Shown: piece by piece, positions 1 through 11,374 of the stretch
Numbering within the stretch: the stretch's first letter is position 1
Layout: each line of letters starts with the position of its first letter
Source: Mobula hypostoma
Lineage: Eukaryota
NCBI RefSeq assembly: GCF_963921235.1
Contig: NC_086100.1
Location: 200,138,001-200,202,000 of the forward strand
Direction: 5' to 3'
DNA: 64,000 nucleotides
Made by a program: the position numbers and the translations under genes
Notes under the pieces: model-generated
The model's database searches: none
What the model saw: only the letters and a program-made list of their open reading frames with translations
Told to the model about the DNA's origin: nothing

Positions 1-135
1 CCACATCCACTCTGTCCATGCCTTTCAACATTCGAAATGTTTCTATGAGGTCTCCCCTCATTCTTCTAAACTCCAAAGAATGCAGCCCAAGAGCGGGCAA
101 ATGTTCCTCATATGTTAACCCTCTTATTCCCGGAA
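1..135 (-). mobile_element. CR1 LINE RT C-terminal fragment (inverted relative to the adjacent 3' piece)
   Basis: Minus strand reads IPGIRGLTYEEHLPALGLHSLEFRRMRGDLIETFRMLKGMDRVDV, a typical CR1 ORF2 C-terminal motif. Confidence 0.85.
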
Positions 136-348
136 TGCTCTGCCCCAGAAGACTGTAGAGGCCAAGTCTCTGGATGCTTTCAAGAAAGAGGTGGATAGAG
201 CTCTTAAAGATAGCGGAATCAAAGGTTATGGGGATAAGGCAGGAACTGGATACTGATTGTGGATGATCAGCCATGATCACAGTGAATGGTGGTGCTGGCT
301 CAAAGGGCTGAATGACCTACTCCTGCACCTATTGTCTATTGTCTATTG
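131..348 (+). mobile_element. CR1 LINE 3' end with short tandem-repeat tail
   Basis: NALPQKTVEAKSLDAFKKEVDRALKDSGIKGYGDKAG, then a 3' UTR ending in ctattgt repeats. Confidence 0.85.
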
Positions 349-875
349 ACTGGTCTGTAATCCGTGGGGTGTTTCAGACAGGGTTCAGGGCTTGGGTCCC
401 AGTTATTCACAGTCAGTTACTTGCCTGAGGAGACCAAAAGTTTACCGAAATGGGAAAGTGAGTAGAGATGAGGGGCAAAGAGACTGCAAGGGGATAAAGA
501 CAATCACTGAGCGGACAACAGCAGGACAGATGGAGCCAGTGTAGAAAATGGGGAGAGAAACAGAAACACTGACCATTGTTTAAATAGTGAGGGACTGGGG
601 AATGTTCACGTTCACAGGGACCTGGGTGACCTTGTTCACCGGTCACTGGCAGCCAACATGCACAGACTGCAGGCAGGTAAGATGGAAACGTTGGCCTTTA
701 ATGCAAGGGGATTTGAGGAATGATGACTCACTGTGACTATAGAGAGTCTCTGTGTGACTGCACCCAGGGTACTGGGGAAAGGGTTAGTGTCCTTGTCTGT
801 AAAAGATGTAACTGGCACAGCGTGAGAGCATCAAAGCTTCATCTGACTGGTTCCTGGGATGGCAGCTCTGACTTA

Positions 876-1718
876 CAGTGGAATGCAAAAGTTTGGGCTC
901 CCCTGGTCAAAATTTCTGTTACTGTGAATAGCTAAGTAAAAGATGACCTGATTTCCAAAAGGCATAAAGTTAAAGATGACACATTTCTTTAATATCTTAA
1001 GTAAGATTATTTTTTTATTCCCATCTTTTACAGTTTCAAAATAACAAAAGTGGAAAAGGGCCAGATGCAAATGTTTGGGCACCTTGCATGGTCAGTACTT
1101 AGTAACACCTCCTTTGCAAGTATCACAGCTTGTAAATGCTTTTTGTAGCCAGCTAAGAGTCTTTCAGTTCTTGTTTGGGGGATTTTCGCCCATTCTTCCT
1201 TGCAAAAGGCCTCTAGTTCTGTGAGATTCTTGGGCTGTCTTGCATGCACTGCTCTTTTGCGGTCTATCCACAGATTTTCGATGATGTTTAGGTCAGGGGA
1301 CTGTGAGGGCCATGGCAAAACCTTCAGCTTGTGCCTCTTGAGGTAGTCCATTGTGGATTTTGAGGTGTGTTTAGGATCATTATCCTGTTGTAGAAGCCAT
1401 CCTCTTTTCATCTTCAGCTTTCTTACAGAAGGTGTGATGTTTGCTTCCAGTATTTGCTGTATTTAATTGAATTCATTCTTCCCTCTACCAGTAAATGTTC
1501 CCCATGCCACTGGCTGCAACACAAGCCCAAAGCATGGTCGATCCACCCCAGTGCGTAACAGTTGGAGAAGTACTCTTTTCATGCACCTTTTTTCCTCCAA
1601 ATATACCTTTGCTCATTGCGGCCAGTAAGTTCAATTTTAACTTAATCAATTAAAGTCTAAACAAGTCTGATGCATTTGGAAACAAGTTCTGTGGACCAAT
1701 GAAGTTAAAATAGAACTT
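876..1718 (-). mobile_element. Tc1-family DNA transposon remnant (one TIR plus transposase C-terminal half)
   Basis: TA|CAGTG terminus at 874-880. Inner direct repeat atgcaaa.gtttgggc near 883 and 1065 (IR/DR type). ORF 1028-1411 has QQDNDPKHTSK and WPSQSPDLNIIENLW motifs. Upstream part is frameshifted. Confidence 0.9.
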
Positions 1719-1940
1719 TTCAGGACCTCTTGCCTTTTCCTACCTATATCATTGGTACCAATATGTACCACAACCTCTGGCTGTTCTCCCTCCCACTGCA
1801 GGATATCTTGGACACGATCTGAAACATCCCGGACCATTGCACCTGGGAGGCAAACTACTGTCTGGGTTTCTTTTCTGCGTCCACAGAATTGCCTCTCTGA
1901 CCCCCTGACAAGAGTTCCCTATCACTACTGCCTTTCTCCT
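1719..1940 (-). mobile_element. CR1 ORF1 esterase (SGNH) fragment
   Basis: CLPGAMVRDVSDRVQDILQWEGEQPEVVVHIGTNDIGRK. Confidence 0.8.
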
Positions 1941-1945
1941 TTATT
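1940..1945 (-). terminator. Candidate polyadenylation signal for the GTPase gene
   Basis: AATAAA on the minus strand ~160 nt after the stop codon; motif only. Confidence 0.3.
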
Positions 1946-2107
1946 GACCATGAGGGCAGGACCATGAACGTAGGAATGAAACATTCCTTCTGCTCTGCTA
2001 ATTATTTTGATGATTTGAGATTGGATTTGAATTTGAACACACTGTGATTTTCTCTGTCCAATCCCTAAGAAGACCGTTTCCCTTTGTCTCTCACCGAGTA
2101 ACGCCAT

Positions 2108-5100
2108 TTAAAGAGACTGAATGGTTGTATTATATGTCTTGTTCATTTCTTCCCTCACCACATCCCAGTCAATGTTCCAGCTTCCATCGATCTTTGCAGG
2201 CTTTGCTTTGTATACATCAGCAAACTGCTTATTGAAAGTGTAGAAAACCTTCTTCCAATAGGACGCTGCCTGTGCGGAAACTTCCTGTTGGATAATCCAG
2301 GATTTGTAGTAATCATTGACTGTTCGATAATCCTTGCAGGCATAGAATTTCTCATTTGTGTCTTTATTTCGGAATTTTGCATCACTTGTGACTGAAGCTG
2401 TGCAGATATCCATTGCAAGACGTTCACTGCCTGCCCATCGATACCCGTTGAGCCCTTCAGGTCTGTGCTGCTTACAGGAGTGTTGTGAGTGTACCGGGGT
2501 CTCTGAGTCACAGAAAACCCCACAGAAAGGACATTGCTTTGTACAATTGAATAACCCTTTGAACAACTCCTCCCTGGGTTTAATGGATAATTCTTCAATC
2601 GTTTCTTCGACATCCCAGTCTTTTACCTCACTGAGGAGATCCTGCTCCACCTCTTCAATACATGGCAGAATGGCTTCTGCACATTTCTTGCCATCACTGC
2701 CACTCTGAAACAGAACGAGTTTCATCTCATCTTTGGGCATCGAGATTCTTGTGCTAAACTTTTCAACAAACGTGTTTAGGAAACTCTGAGCATTTCCAGC
2801 AAAGTTCTGTTTCACTGCATCCTGAACAATGTCCTTAGCTTGCCCAGTGATCTCAGTGAGGATTTCTTTAGCCAGACGGGTAAATGTGCTCTCTCCATCG
2901 CGTTCTGTCTTGCAATGTTTAATAACTTGCTGATGGAGCCAGTCTTTGGCGAAATTCTCAAAGTCAGTGATGTACCAGAGATATTTATCAAATTCTTGTG
3001 TTTGTTTCAGGTGGACCAGGAGGGCCACAGTGAAGTTGTTGCGGAGACTGTAATTTCGCTCAGGGTCGTGTTTTCTCATATCATCCATGATTTTCACGCT
3101 GAGAGTCTTGAGGGTGGCGTCTCGGAGAGCTGGCAAGAAACAATATCGTGCAAATCGTTCTGCTTGTCTCTGGTTCTCATCCTGCTCTGTGTAAATATCC
3201 ATGAAGAGATCAAAGTATTTACTCTTCATGTTTTCCAGTCTTCTCCGTGGGTCGTGTTTGTGGATGAACCTCCTGTGCATCTGCTGGAATCTTGGTACAG
3301 CGTAACCACACAGGTGAAGTTTAAACTCAGCCTTGAAAACCTCAGACATTGAAAAGTATTGATGTGAAATATTGTCAAGTTTTTCCTCTATCATTTTCAA
3401 AAGTTCAATGCAATATTTATTGTCATAATCCATATCTATTTTTGTGATGTCAGTGATCCAATGTATGCATTCATCCTCGATGGGCTTTGTAATCATTGCT
3501 GCTTCATCGAGATCTGATTTCAATCCGAATGGAATGAGTTTACCCGCCCCCTGTCTCCAACATGACACGTTGATGTGTTTCTCTTCAATGTGAAGGTACA
3601 GGGTCCCCAGTTTACAGAGATTTTCATGTTTCAGTCTTTCATTAATGACTCTCCCTTGAGTTTTTGTTTCCTCTCTGAGAAGATTTTCAATCTCTAGTTC
3701 GATGTTTCTTTCTCTACAGGGCTGATACTCCAGCTGAGAGAGTGTAACTTCCCACATCCTGTCAAATTCATTTTGCAATTCCCGTTCATCCAACACCCGA
3801 TTTGCTGCTTTACACTTCCGTAAAAGCTCCTTGACCTGTTCTCCAATCTCCTTGTGAAAGTTATTCCAAATATTATCCACTCCCTGCAGTCCCACCCGTC
3901 TATTCACGGCATCTCTACATCTCTGCATTGAATCGTGCTGAAGTCGGCTGCATAAACTGGAGATACTGAGCTTAAATTCCTCTCTGTATTTCTCCATCAG
4001 ATGCACGTTATCAGCCCCACTTTCATACAGAGCTTGTAGTTTATCCAGAGTGTCACTCTCCCTTTTGTTCATCTCTGTCCTGATCTCCCCCTCCAGATTA
4101 TGGAGCAGTTCAGTGAGATCTCCTCTGGCATTGCTGATTCTGTTTTCAGCATCATTTCCCCAGGAGTGAGTGAATTTGTGGAGTTCCCACTCCCAGTCCT
4201 TGTACTTCACGGACAGGTGGTTGTAAGCCTCTGCAAACAGACTGTTCTGGAAGTTGAAAATGAAATTTTCATGTTTCACCTGCTCCCAAAGCCCAGCCAT
4301 CCATTTGATAAAGTCCGGGATAGTGAAAGCTCCTTGGGATTTTCTCTGTTGGATTAGACACTGAATTAGGTTCTTCTTCAGTTGGGAGACGTGTTCACTG
4401 TAGCCGGTGCTGACTGCAGCCATTGGGGGTGTACCATGCCACAGACCAGGGATGTACCAGTTGTCCTTGTCAGCATCATAGTCCATCACATCACGGAACG
4501 TTACTCGGTCTACCTTCTCCAGCTTTGCTGCAGCAGCTGTCATCTTATCCAGCTGTTCCAGGAGTTTCTGACGGCCTCTCAGATTCTGATTGTGAGCACT
4601 CACATCGCCAACGTTCTGGTGCACAAATATGCACCTTAGCCCTTTTCCTGTCTCCCTCATGCGGATTAAGGAATGAACAACAATCTGTAAAGTATCTTTC
4701 ATCTCTGACAGATTTTCCATCGCGATGTTTACCAATGTTAGGTTGCTTAATCCAACCACGAACGTTGCCAGCTCATTGTCATGCTCGTAGCTGTCTGTCA
4801 GTGTTGCGAGTTCTGGGGCTCTCAGCCCCTCTGTGTCAATGACCAGGATGAACTCACAGCCCAGCTCCTTGGCCAGGCTCCCTGTGACTTTGATCAACTG
4901 CATGTAGGCCCCTCGAGTACATCGGCCGCTGCTCACAGCAAACCGCAAACAGAACATTGTGTTGAGGAGTGTGGACTTGCCCGTGCTCTGAACTCCAATC
5001 ACCGTCAGCACAAACACTCGGCAAGCTCTTCCCACTTTGTCAGCAACTTCTGTGAGTACGGCTCTGATCCATGGAATGGGAACGTTGGAAACATCTCCAT

Positions 5101-6928
5101 CGATGAGTTCCAATGGGAACCCTTCCAGCAACAGTTCAGCAGCAACACCTGGGAACTGCGACACCTTTGGGTGGATCTGTGTCCTTCGGGTGACTTTGTG
5201 TCCTGTCACTGAAAGTTCATAAACCTGGCCAAGTTCCCTCATGAAATGCTTGAGTCCCAGGGAACTATCAGACATCTTCTGATCCAACTCCTTCAGTTCC
5301 TTCACCTTCTGTTTTGAGTCTTTGCACAGTTCTTTATAAATTCTACACAATCCTGCCATAACTTCCCGTGATTTACTGTCCAGCTCCAGCTTCAGCCACT
5401 GTAGGGAAATGGCTCTGTCAGCCCCACCATGACGGGTGAGGTGTTCAATGAACAGCCGCATCTCTTCCGACAGACTCTGTCTGAGCTGAGCTTCCCGGAT
5501 TCTGTTCATCTCCTGGTCCAGTTCCTGGTTATACACTTCTGTGGTTTTGTCCCTACGGAGTTTCATCCGAGATTTCTCTTTTTCAATTTTGGACAACCCT
5601 TGCCAGGGCTCTCCATGGAAGGGCAACACTCTCCTTTTATACCCAGTAATGTCTCCCGAATCAAGTCTGTCCAGTATTTTGGTCAGTTCCTTGGCTCGTT
5701 GTATTTCAGGTTGACGTTCATCGACCTCAATCCCACTTTCCATCGCAATGTCAGCCATTTGCTCCAGGCTCAGCAAGGTCTGGTCCCTGTCCCTCATTAG
5801 AATTACTTGATTGATCTGATAACAAACTATCTCTGCAAGTTTAGCCTCATTTACATTTGCCCAAAGAATCCATTGTTGACGTTTTAACTTTAGATCTTTG
5901 AACAGTTTCTTTACCTGTTCACGAGTTATGTGTTGCTGATTGACTATGAGAAAGAGTTTTGCTGGTGATTGTGTGAGAGAGGTGAGGAATTCTCTTTCCT
6001 TCTCACCGATAACGTCAATGAAAATAAAAAGAGCAGCAGATACTTTCGCCAGAAACCGAGCATTTCCCTGGAAAGTTTCAGCATCACCTCGGAGGTTAAT
6101 GAATGCAGCAGCCTCTGGGAAAATATCCGTGTTACTCTTCCCAGAAGGGAGATACCAGCTGATCTCAGCCATTCCATCGGATATCCTGCGGGGCACATTC
6201 CCACATTCCATCTCGGAGTGCAGGAAGATGTTCTGCTGCAGCTGTGCCTGACTCAGGGTGAGATTCAGGATTCGGGATTTGGACACTGTGCACCTTCCCA
6301 GTCTGAGGAAGGACACCGTTGGCATGGCTGCTGTCACGATGGGCACCTCCACAATGGGGCTGCTGTCTGTAGGAGAATGTGGGCACCATGTTTTAACAAT
6401 GGGCCTCATGGCCCAGAGGAGAAGGGTGGCACCAGACCCTTCTGTGTGTCCCCTCACCCTGTCCATGGGGTGACTGTGTGAGTCTGGCATCAGAAAGGGT
6501 AATGCAAACTGGCACAGAGACATCTTCAGCATCAGTTCCTGCTGGAGAAAGTGGTCAGCACAGAGGAAAATGGCAGCAATGATATCCAGAGGATTCATCC
6601 CATCATCCTCTGGTCCCCTAACTTCAAAGAAATCACTGAAGTCTTCATCATCATCATCCTCACCGTCTGAGGACAGATGAGGTGGCCATTCGGGATTCCT
6701 CGCCAGTGAATTGGCTGAGAGGATCCTTCGGAGAAATCGCCAAGGAAGATCTTCTGCACGAGTTGGTTTGCTGTCGTCCAGTATATCCAGGGACACCTCC
6801 TGCACAGTCTGAAGAGACAGTTTGTGAGGATAATGATTCTGTAATCCCAAATCCTTTACAATTTGTGGGAGGCTGAGATTTTCAGACTCATTATTTCCAG
6901 CTGGTAAAATGCTCGTCATCGTCTCCAA
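2108..6928 (-). CDS. GVIN1: Very large interferon-inducible GTPase family protein (GVIN1/VLIG/URGCP-like), single large coding exon; 5' end uncertain
   Basis: Uninterrupted 1606-codon ORF. G1 GVQSTGKS (4973-4996), SSGRCTRG, G3 DTEG, YEHDNELATFVVGLS, FVHQNV, GLWHGTPPMA, ENFIFNFQNSL, URGCP-type N-terminal FLQQELMLKMSLCQFALP, C-terminal CPFC..C..H..H...HRPEGL cluster. The track start is TTG, the first ATG is at 6919, and the frame stays open to 7069. The symbol denotes family, not proven orthology. Confidence 0.92.
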   Translation of the reverse strand: METMTSILPAGNNESENLSLPQIVKDLGLQNHYPHKLSLQTVQEVSLDILDDSKPTRAEDLPWRFLRRILSANSLARNPEWPPHLSSDGEDDDDEDFSDFFEVRGPEDDGMNPLDIIAAIFLCADHFLQQELMLKMSLCQFALPFLMPDSHSHPMDRVRGHTEGSGATLLLWAMRPIVKTWCPHSPTDSSPIVEVPIVTAAMPTVSFLRLGRCTVSKSRILNLTLSQAQLQQNIFLHSEMECGNVPRRISDGMAEISWYLPSGKSNTDIFPEAAAFINLRGDAETFQGNARFLAKVSAALFIFIDVIGEKEREFLTSLTQSPAKLFLIVNQQHITREQVKKLFKDLKLKRQQWILWANVNEAKLAEIVCYQINQVILMRDRDQTLLSLEQMADIAMESGIEVDERQPEIQRAKELTKILDRLDSGDITGYKRRVLPFHGEPWQGLSKIEKEKSRMKLRRDKTTEVYNQELDQEMNRIREAQLRQSLSEEMRLFIEHLTRHGGADRAISLQWLKLELDSKSREVMAGLCRIYKELCKDSKQKVKELKELDQKMSDSSLGLKHFMRELGQVYELSVTGHKVTRRTQIHPKVSQFPGVAAELLLEGFPLELIDGDVSNVPIPWIRAVLTEVADKVGRACRVFVLTVIGVQSTGKSTLLNTMFCLRFAVSSGRCTRGAYMQLIKVTGSLAKELGCEFILVIDTEGLRAPELATLTDSYEHDNELATFVVGLSNLTLVNIAMENLSEMKDTLQIVVHSLIRMRETGKGLRCIFVHQNVGDVSAHNQNLRGRQKLLEQLDKMTAAAAKLEKVDRVTFRDVMDYDADKDNWYIPGLWHGTPPMAAVSTGYSEHVSQLKKNLIQCLIQQRKSQGAFTIPDFIKWMAGLWEQVKHENFIFNFQNSLFAEAYNHLSVKYKDWEWELHKFTHSWGNDAENRISNARGDLTELLHNLEGEIRTEMNKRESDTLDKLQALYESGADNVHLMEKYREEFKLSISSLCSRLQHDSMQRCRDAVNRRVGLQGVDNIWNNFHKEIGEQVKELLRKCKAANRVLDERELQNEFDRMWEVTLSQLEYQPCRERNIELEIENLLREETKTQGRVINERLKHENLCKLGTLYLHIEEKHINVSCWRQGAGKLIPFGLKSDLDEAAMITKPIEDECIHWITDITKIDMDYDNKYCIELLKMIEEKLDNISHQYFSMSEVFKAEFKLHLCGYAVPRFQQMHRRFIHKHDPRRRLENMKSKYFDLFMDIYTEQDENQRQAERFARYCFLPALRDATLKTLSVKIMDDMRKHDPERNYSLRNNFTVALLVHLKQTQEFDKYLWYITDFENFAKDWLHQQVIKHCKTERDGESTFTRLAKEILTEITGQAKDIVQDAVKQNFAGNAQSFLNTFVEKFSTRISMPKDEMKLVLFQSGSDGKKCAEAILPCIEEVEQDLLSEVKDWDVEETIEELSIKPREELFKGLFNCTKQCPFCGVFCDSETPVHSQHSCKQHRPEGLNGYRWAGSERLAMDICTASVTSDAKFRNKDTNEKFYACKDYRTVNDYYKSWIIQQEVSAQAASYWKKVFYTFNKQFADVYKAKPAKIDGSWNIDWDVVREEMNKTYNTTIQSL

Positions 6929-7499
6929 TATGCTCTGTGTTCTCCTGGAATCTGTGTTATCTTTCCCAGCGGTGGCGGGGGGTGGGCGGGTGTGTGCTTT
7001 GAAGATAGGTGTGAATTTCTGAAATTCCCAAGAAGGTAAAACTCCTTTCCAATGATTTATTGTTTTGACTCAATTCCTGTCCAGGATATTTGCTGTGCCT
7101 GATGTCCTATTGGAACACACAATTCCTATCCCAGGATCACAGGGCTGAATGGTTCCGTACCTCTGGCTGGTGATCCTCTGTCAGGACTCGTTGTCCTGGT
7201 ACAGTGTGTACTGAGTAGTCAGTAGGGGATCACCACAGCAACCTAGAGATAGTCACCACAATTATACCTGGTTTGATGACACCACACCAGGAAGTCTGGG
7301 TACAAACTTGTCCTTAGTAAATGAATGATGCACTTTCTCTCGAGGGAGTGTAATAAAAATTCTGCAGAATTTTTTCCTGAGTTGATAGCAGAGAATCCTT
7401 GAAATAGTCAGCATGTCAGGCAGTATCTGTGGAGAGAGAAACAGGGTCAGTGTTTCAGGTCCATGTGTTGGTGACTCTGTCATTGCAGGGGAAGTTGAG

Positions 7500-8170
7500 T
7501 AGACCAGCCCTCTGTTCACTGGGGGTTAGAAGAATGAGATGTGATCTCACTGAAATGAGTACAGAGTTTAACATTGCTGGATACAGGGAGGATGTCCCAC
7601 TGGGTAATGAGTCTAGGACCAGGGTACAGGCCGACTGTAAGGGGTGGGCAGTTCATGACCATGATGAGGTAAATGTCCAAGTCTCCACACAAACAGAACA
7701 TAGAACCAGAACATTACAGCAAAGTGGAGGACCTGTTTTTCAAATTACCCAGCTCCCTAAAATCTCTTTTTAGAACCTCTTCACATTATCTACCTATACC
7801 ATTGGTGCCAATTTGTACCAATAATGGCCACCATTTCATAGTTCCAACGACTGACCTGTGCTCCAAGTTCATCACACTTGTTCCAACTAGATCTTGCATT
7901 GAAGTGGACACAAATCAACCCATCCACTGACTGCAATTTTGCCCTGTCAACTTTGTGTCTTTCCTCACAGTCTCTCTACACGTTGCGTCTAACTGTACAC
8001 CAACTGTCCCACCCTCTCACCTATTACTGTTGTTCCCATCACCCTTACGAATTAGTTTGAACCCTCCTCAACAACCTCCAGCAAACTAACTGGCGAGGAT
8101 ATCGGTCGCTCTCAAGTTCAGGTGTAACCCATCCTTTTGTTCTGGTTATGCCTTCCCCAGAAGATATCCC
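7500..8170. mobile_element. Degenerate CR1 fragments (3' RT piece on +, ORF1 esterase pieces on -)
   Basis: agaagaatgagatgtgatctcactgaa (RRMRxDL) on +; attggtacaaattggcaccaatggtataggtag (GTN motif) on -. Confidence 0.55.
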
Positions 8171-8419
8171 AATGATTCATGAATTTGCCGGGTGGGAGAT
8201 CACAGAGTGAGTTGGAGACAGCTCATTGTGGATTTTATGCACCAGTTGTAAAAAACAACTGGGACCTGTTGGGACATGTCTGCTGAGTGCACAATTGTGT
8301 AGTGAGTTGGAGACAGTTCCTTGGGAACTTTACACACCAGGTTTAAAAAGCGACCAGAACTGTCGGAAGTGGGAAATTGCTTGAGTTATGAGTAACTCAG
8401 CAAGGGCCAATAAAAAGAA

Positions 8420-9670
8420 GCAAGATGCAATTGGAACAGCCATTGTGTGTGTGGGACAATGTTAGAGTGGTCAGGCTGTGGCTCAACAGGCTTTGCAAGA
8501 TGAGGCAGTGGCTGGGGGTGCTGAGTCATTTGGAATTATTTAGTAGATTGTAGAACTTAAGCTTAAGAAACTGGAACCAAAGGTATAACAAGTGTAGGCA
8601 GGGTGGTAGTTCAGGCAGTGGAATGCTCCTCCTGTGGGATGTTGGATTGCGGAGATAACAATCTCCCTGTGACTATATCCACAGGAGGCACATCCTACTT
8701 CAGCTCCTGACTGACCAGGGCAAGGAACTGGAGCTGGAGTTAGATTTACTCAGGACAATCGAGGAGGCTGACAATCTCATGGATGAGACTTTTATTGAGG
8801 TGGTCACACCCAGAGTGCAGGCTTCAGATACGAGATGGGTGACCACCAGGAGGAGTAAAGAGAGCTGTCAGTCAGTGCAGGGTTCCCCTGTGACCTTTCC
8901 CCTCACAACAAGTGTAACCCTTTGGATAATGCTGTGGGGGTATGACCTATCAGGGCATAGCAGCAGCCAGGCCAGTGGCACTGTGGCAGAGTCTGAGATC
9001 ACCGGGGAAGGGTACAGCCAGGAAGAGCGATAGGGATAGGAAACTCGATGGTTAATGGGACAGACAGGGGGTTCTGTGGCCAAGAAAAAGATGCCAGGAT
9101 GGGGTGTTGCCTCCCAGGTGCTGGGGTCAAGGAGGTCTCAGAGTGGCTGCAGAATATTCTCAAGAGGGAGGGTGAGCAGCCAGAGATGGTGGTGCACATC
9201 TGTATCAATGATGTGGGTAGAGAGGGGGAGGAGGTCCTGTGCAGTGAGTACAGGGAGTTCAGGAAGAAGCTGCAGAGCAGCATCTCCAAGGAGCAATGTC
9301 TGCATTACTCCCAGTGCCACATGTTAGTCAGGGCAGGAATAGGAAGTCAGTACTGATGAATGAGTGGCTGAGGAACTGGTGCAGGGGGCAAGGGTTCAGA
9401 TTCCTGGATCATTGAGATCGCTTCTGGGGAAGGTATGACCTGTACAAAAAGGACGGGTTACACTTGAACCTGAAGGAGACAAATATCCCTGTGGGCAGGT
9501 TACTAGAGCGGATGGGGAGGGTTTAAACTAATTTGGCAGAGGGATCGGAACTGTAGTCATGGAACTGAGGATGGGGCAGTTGGTAAAAAATTGCAGTCAG
9601 TGAAATGGGTTGAAGTATGTCTATTTTAGTGCAAGAAGTATCAAGGACAAGGGTGATGAACTTAGACCAT
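8420..9670 (+). mobile_element. Decayed CR1 5' region: 5' UTR, ORF1 (zinc finger/leucine zipper plus esterase), start of ORF2
   Basis: CSSCGM.., KELELELDLLRTI, CCLPGAGVKEVSEWLQNILKREGEQPEMVVHICINDVG, YKKDGLHLN; many frameshifts. Confidence 0.8.
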
Positions 9671-10019
9671 GTGGGACAAAGAAATGTTACCAATTTCCAA
9701 GCACCTTAAAACTAAACTATGCTCCCTTTTGTTAGCCATTTCAGCCCTGGGAAAATTCATCTGGCTATCCACACAATAGACTCTTGATTCAGTGGGGATA
9801 ACTTCCCTCAACCTCTCTCACCCCATCACTGAACAGTTCCCACAACCTACTTGCAAAGACTCTTCATCTCGTTTCCCGATATTTGTTGCTTATTTATTTT
9901 TATTATCATTTCTTCTTTATTCTGTTTCTGTACAGTTATTTTTTTGTTATTTGCACATTGGTTGTTTGTCCATCCTGCTGGGTCTTTCATTGATTCGATG
10001 ATATTTCTTCAATTCCCAT

Positions 10020-10240
10020 TGCTTTCTGCAAGGAGTTTGCATGTTCTCCCCATGACCATATGGGTTTTCTCGGGGTTTCCTCCAAAACTCCAAAGATGTA
10101 CCTCTTGATGGGTTAATTGGTCATTGTAAATTGCCCTATGATTAGGCTAGGGTTAAATTTTAAGGATGAGGTTTTCAGTTGCTGACTGGAATGGCTCAAA
10201 AGGCCAGATGGGCCGATTCTACTTATTTGTCAGTCAATAA
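10020..10240 (+). mobile_element. V-SINE-like fragment
   Basis: ggagtttgcatgttctcccc...gggtttcctcc...ctccaaagatgt...ggttaattggtcattgtaaattgccc core; a similar copy lies at ~12790-12970. Confidence 0.6.
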
Positions 10241-10267
10241 TGAAAGAAAGAAAACTTTGAACTTTGA

Positions 10268-11365
10268 CTGGAAAATTGCTAATGACACTGCACTCTTTAA
10301 GAAGGGAGAGAGGCAAAAGAAAGGAAATTATAAGCCAGTTAGCCTGACTTCAGTGATTGTAAAGATGTTTGATTTCATTATTAAGGATGAGGTTTTGGGG
10401 TATTTGGAAGCACATGATAAAGTAGGCCAAAGTCAGCATAGTTTCCTTCAGGAAAGATCTTGCCTGACAAATCTGTTGGAATTCTTTTAGGAAATAACAG
10501 GCAGGATAGACAAAGGAGAGTCAATGAATGTTGTTTACCTGGAGTTTCAGAAGGCTTTTCACAAGGTGCTACACATGAGGTTGCTTAATAAGATAAAAGC
10601 TTCTGGTGTTACAGGAAATATACAAACATGGAGAGAAGTCTGGCTGTTTGGCAGGAGGAAAAGCGTCGGAATAAAGGTGCTAGTGACTAGTTGTGTTTCA
10701 TAGGAATTGGTATTCGGAACACTGCTTTTTACAGAAGTGATCAAGTTTGCAGACGATAAGAAGATAGGTGCAGGCAGTGTTGAGGAAGCGGGGGGTGTAG
10801 AAGGACTCAGATAGATTCAGAAAATGGTCAAAGCATTCAGAGATGGAATACTGTGTTAGAAAGTATATGGTCATGCACTTTGGTAGAAGGAATAAAGGTG
10901 TGACTATGTTCTAAATGAGGAGAAAATTTAAAAATACAGTATGCAAAGGGACAAGAACGAAAGGGTTAATGCAGGAGGAACTCTTGGCCTGTACTCACTG
11001 GAGTTTAGAGGAATGTGGAGAGGGGATCTCATTGAATGGAGGCCTATGTGGAGAAGATGTTTCCTACTTTGGGAAATGTAGGACTTGAGGCTACAGACTC
11101 TGAAATACAGGATTGTTTATTTAGAATCAAAATGAGGAGGAATTTCTTCAGCCAGAGAGAGGTGAATCTGTGGAATTCATTGCCACAGTCAGCTGTGGAG
11201 ACCAAGTCACTGAGTGTATTTAAAGCTGAGTTTGATATGTTGTTGATTAGTCAGGGCATCAAGGGTTATGAGAAGAAGGCAGGAGAAAGGGGTTGACAGG
11301 GATAATAAATCAGCCATGACAGAATGGTTGAGCAGTCTCGATGGGCTGAATGGCCTAACTCTGTT
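10268..11365 (+). mobile_element. Decayed CR1 ORF2 (RT to 3' end)
   Basis: WKIANDTALFKKG..GNYKPVSLTS..SCLTNLLEFF*, and RRNFFSQREVNLWNSLP. Confidence 0.85.
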
Positions 11366-11374
11366 CATCTGTTT

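Noticed and set aside
2155..6876. Short ORFs overlapping the GTPase exon on both strands
   Set aside because: Shadow frames of a long coding exon with no recognisable motifs.
8200..8370. ~95-bp diverged tandem pair (gtgagttggagacag...)
   Set aside because: It lies just upstream of a CR1 5' region and probably belongs to it; there is no independent evidence of function.
9048..9356. SGNH esterase-like ORFs as host enzymes
   Set aside because: They are the known esterase domain of CR1 ORF1, seen here as several broken copies.
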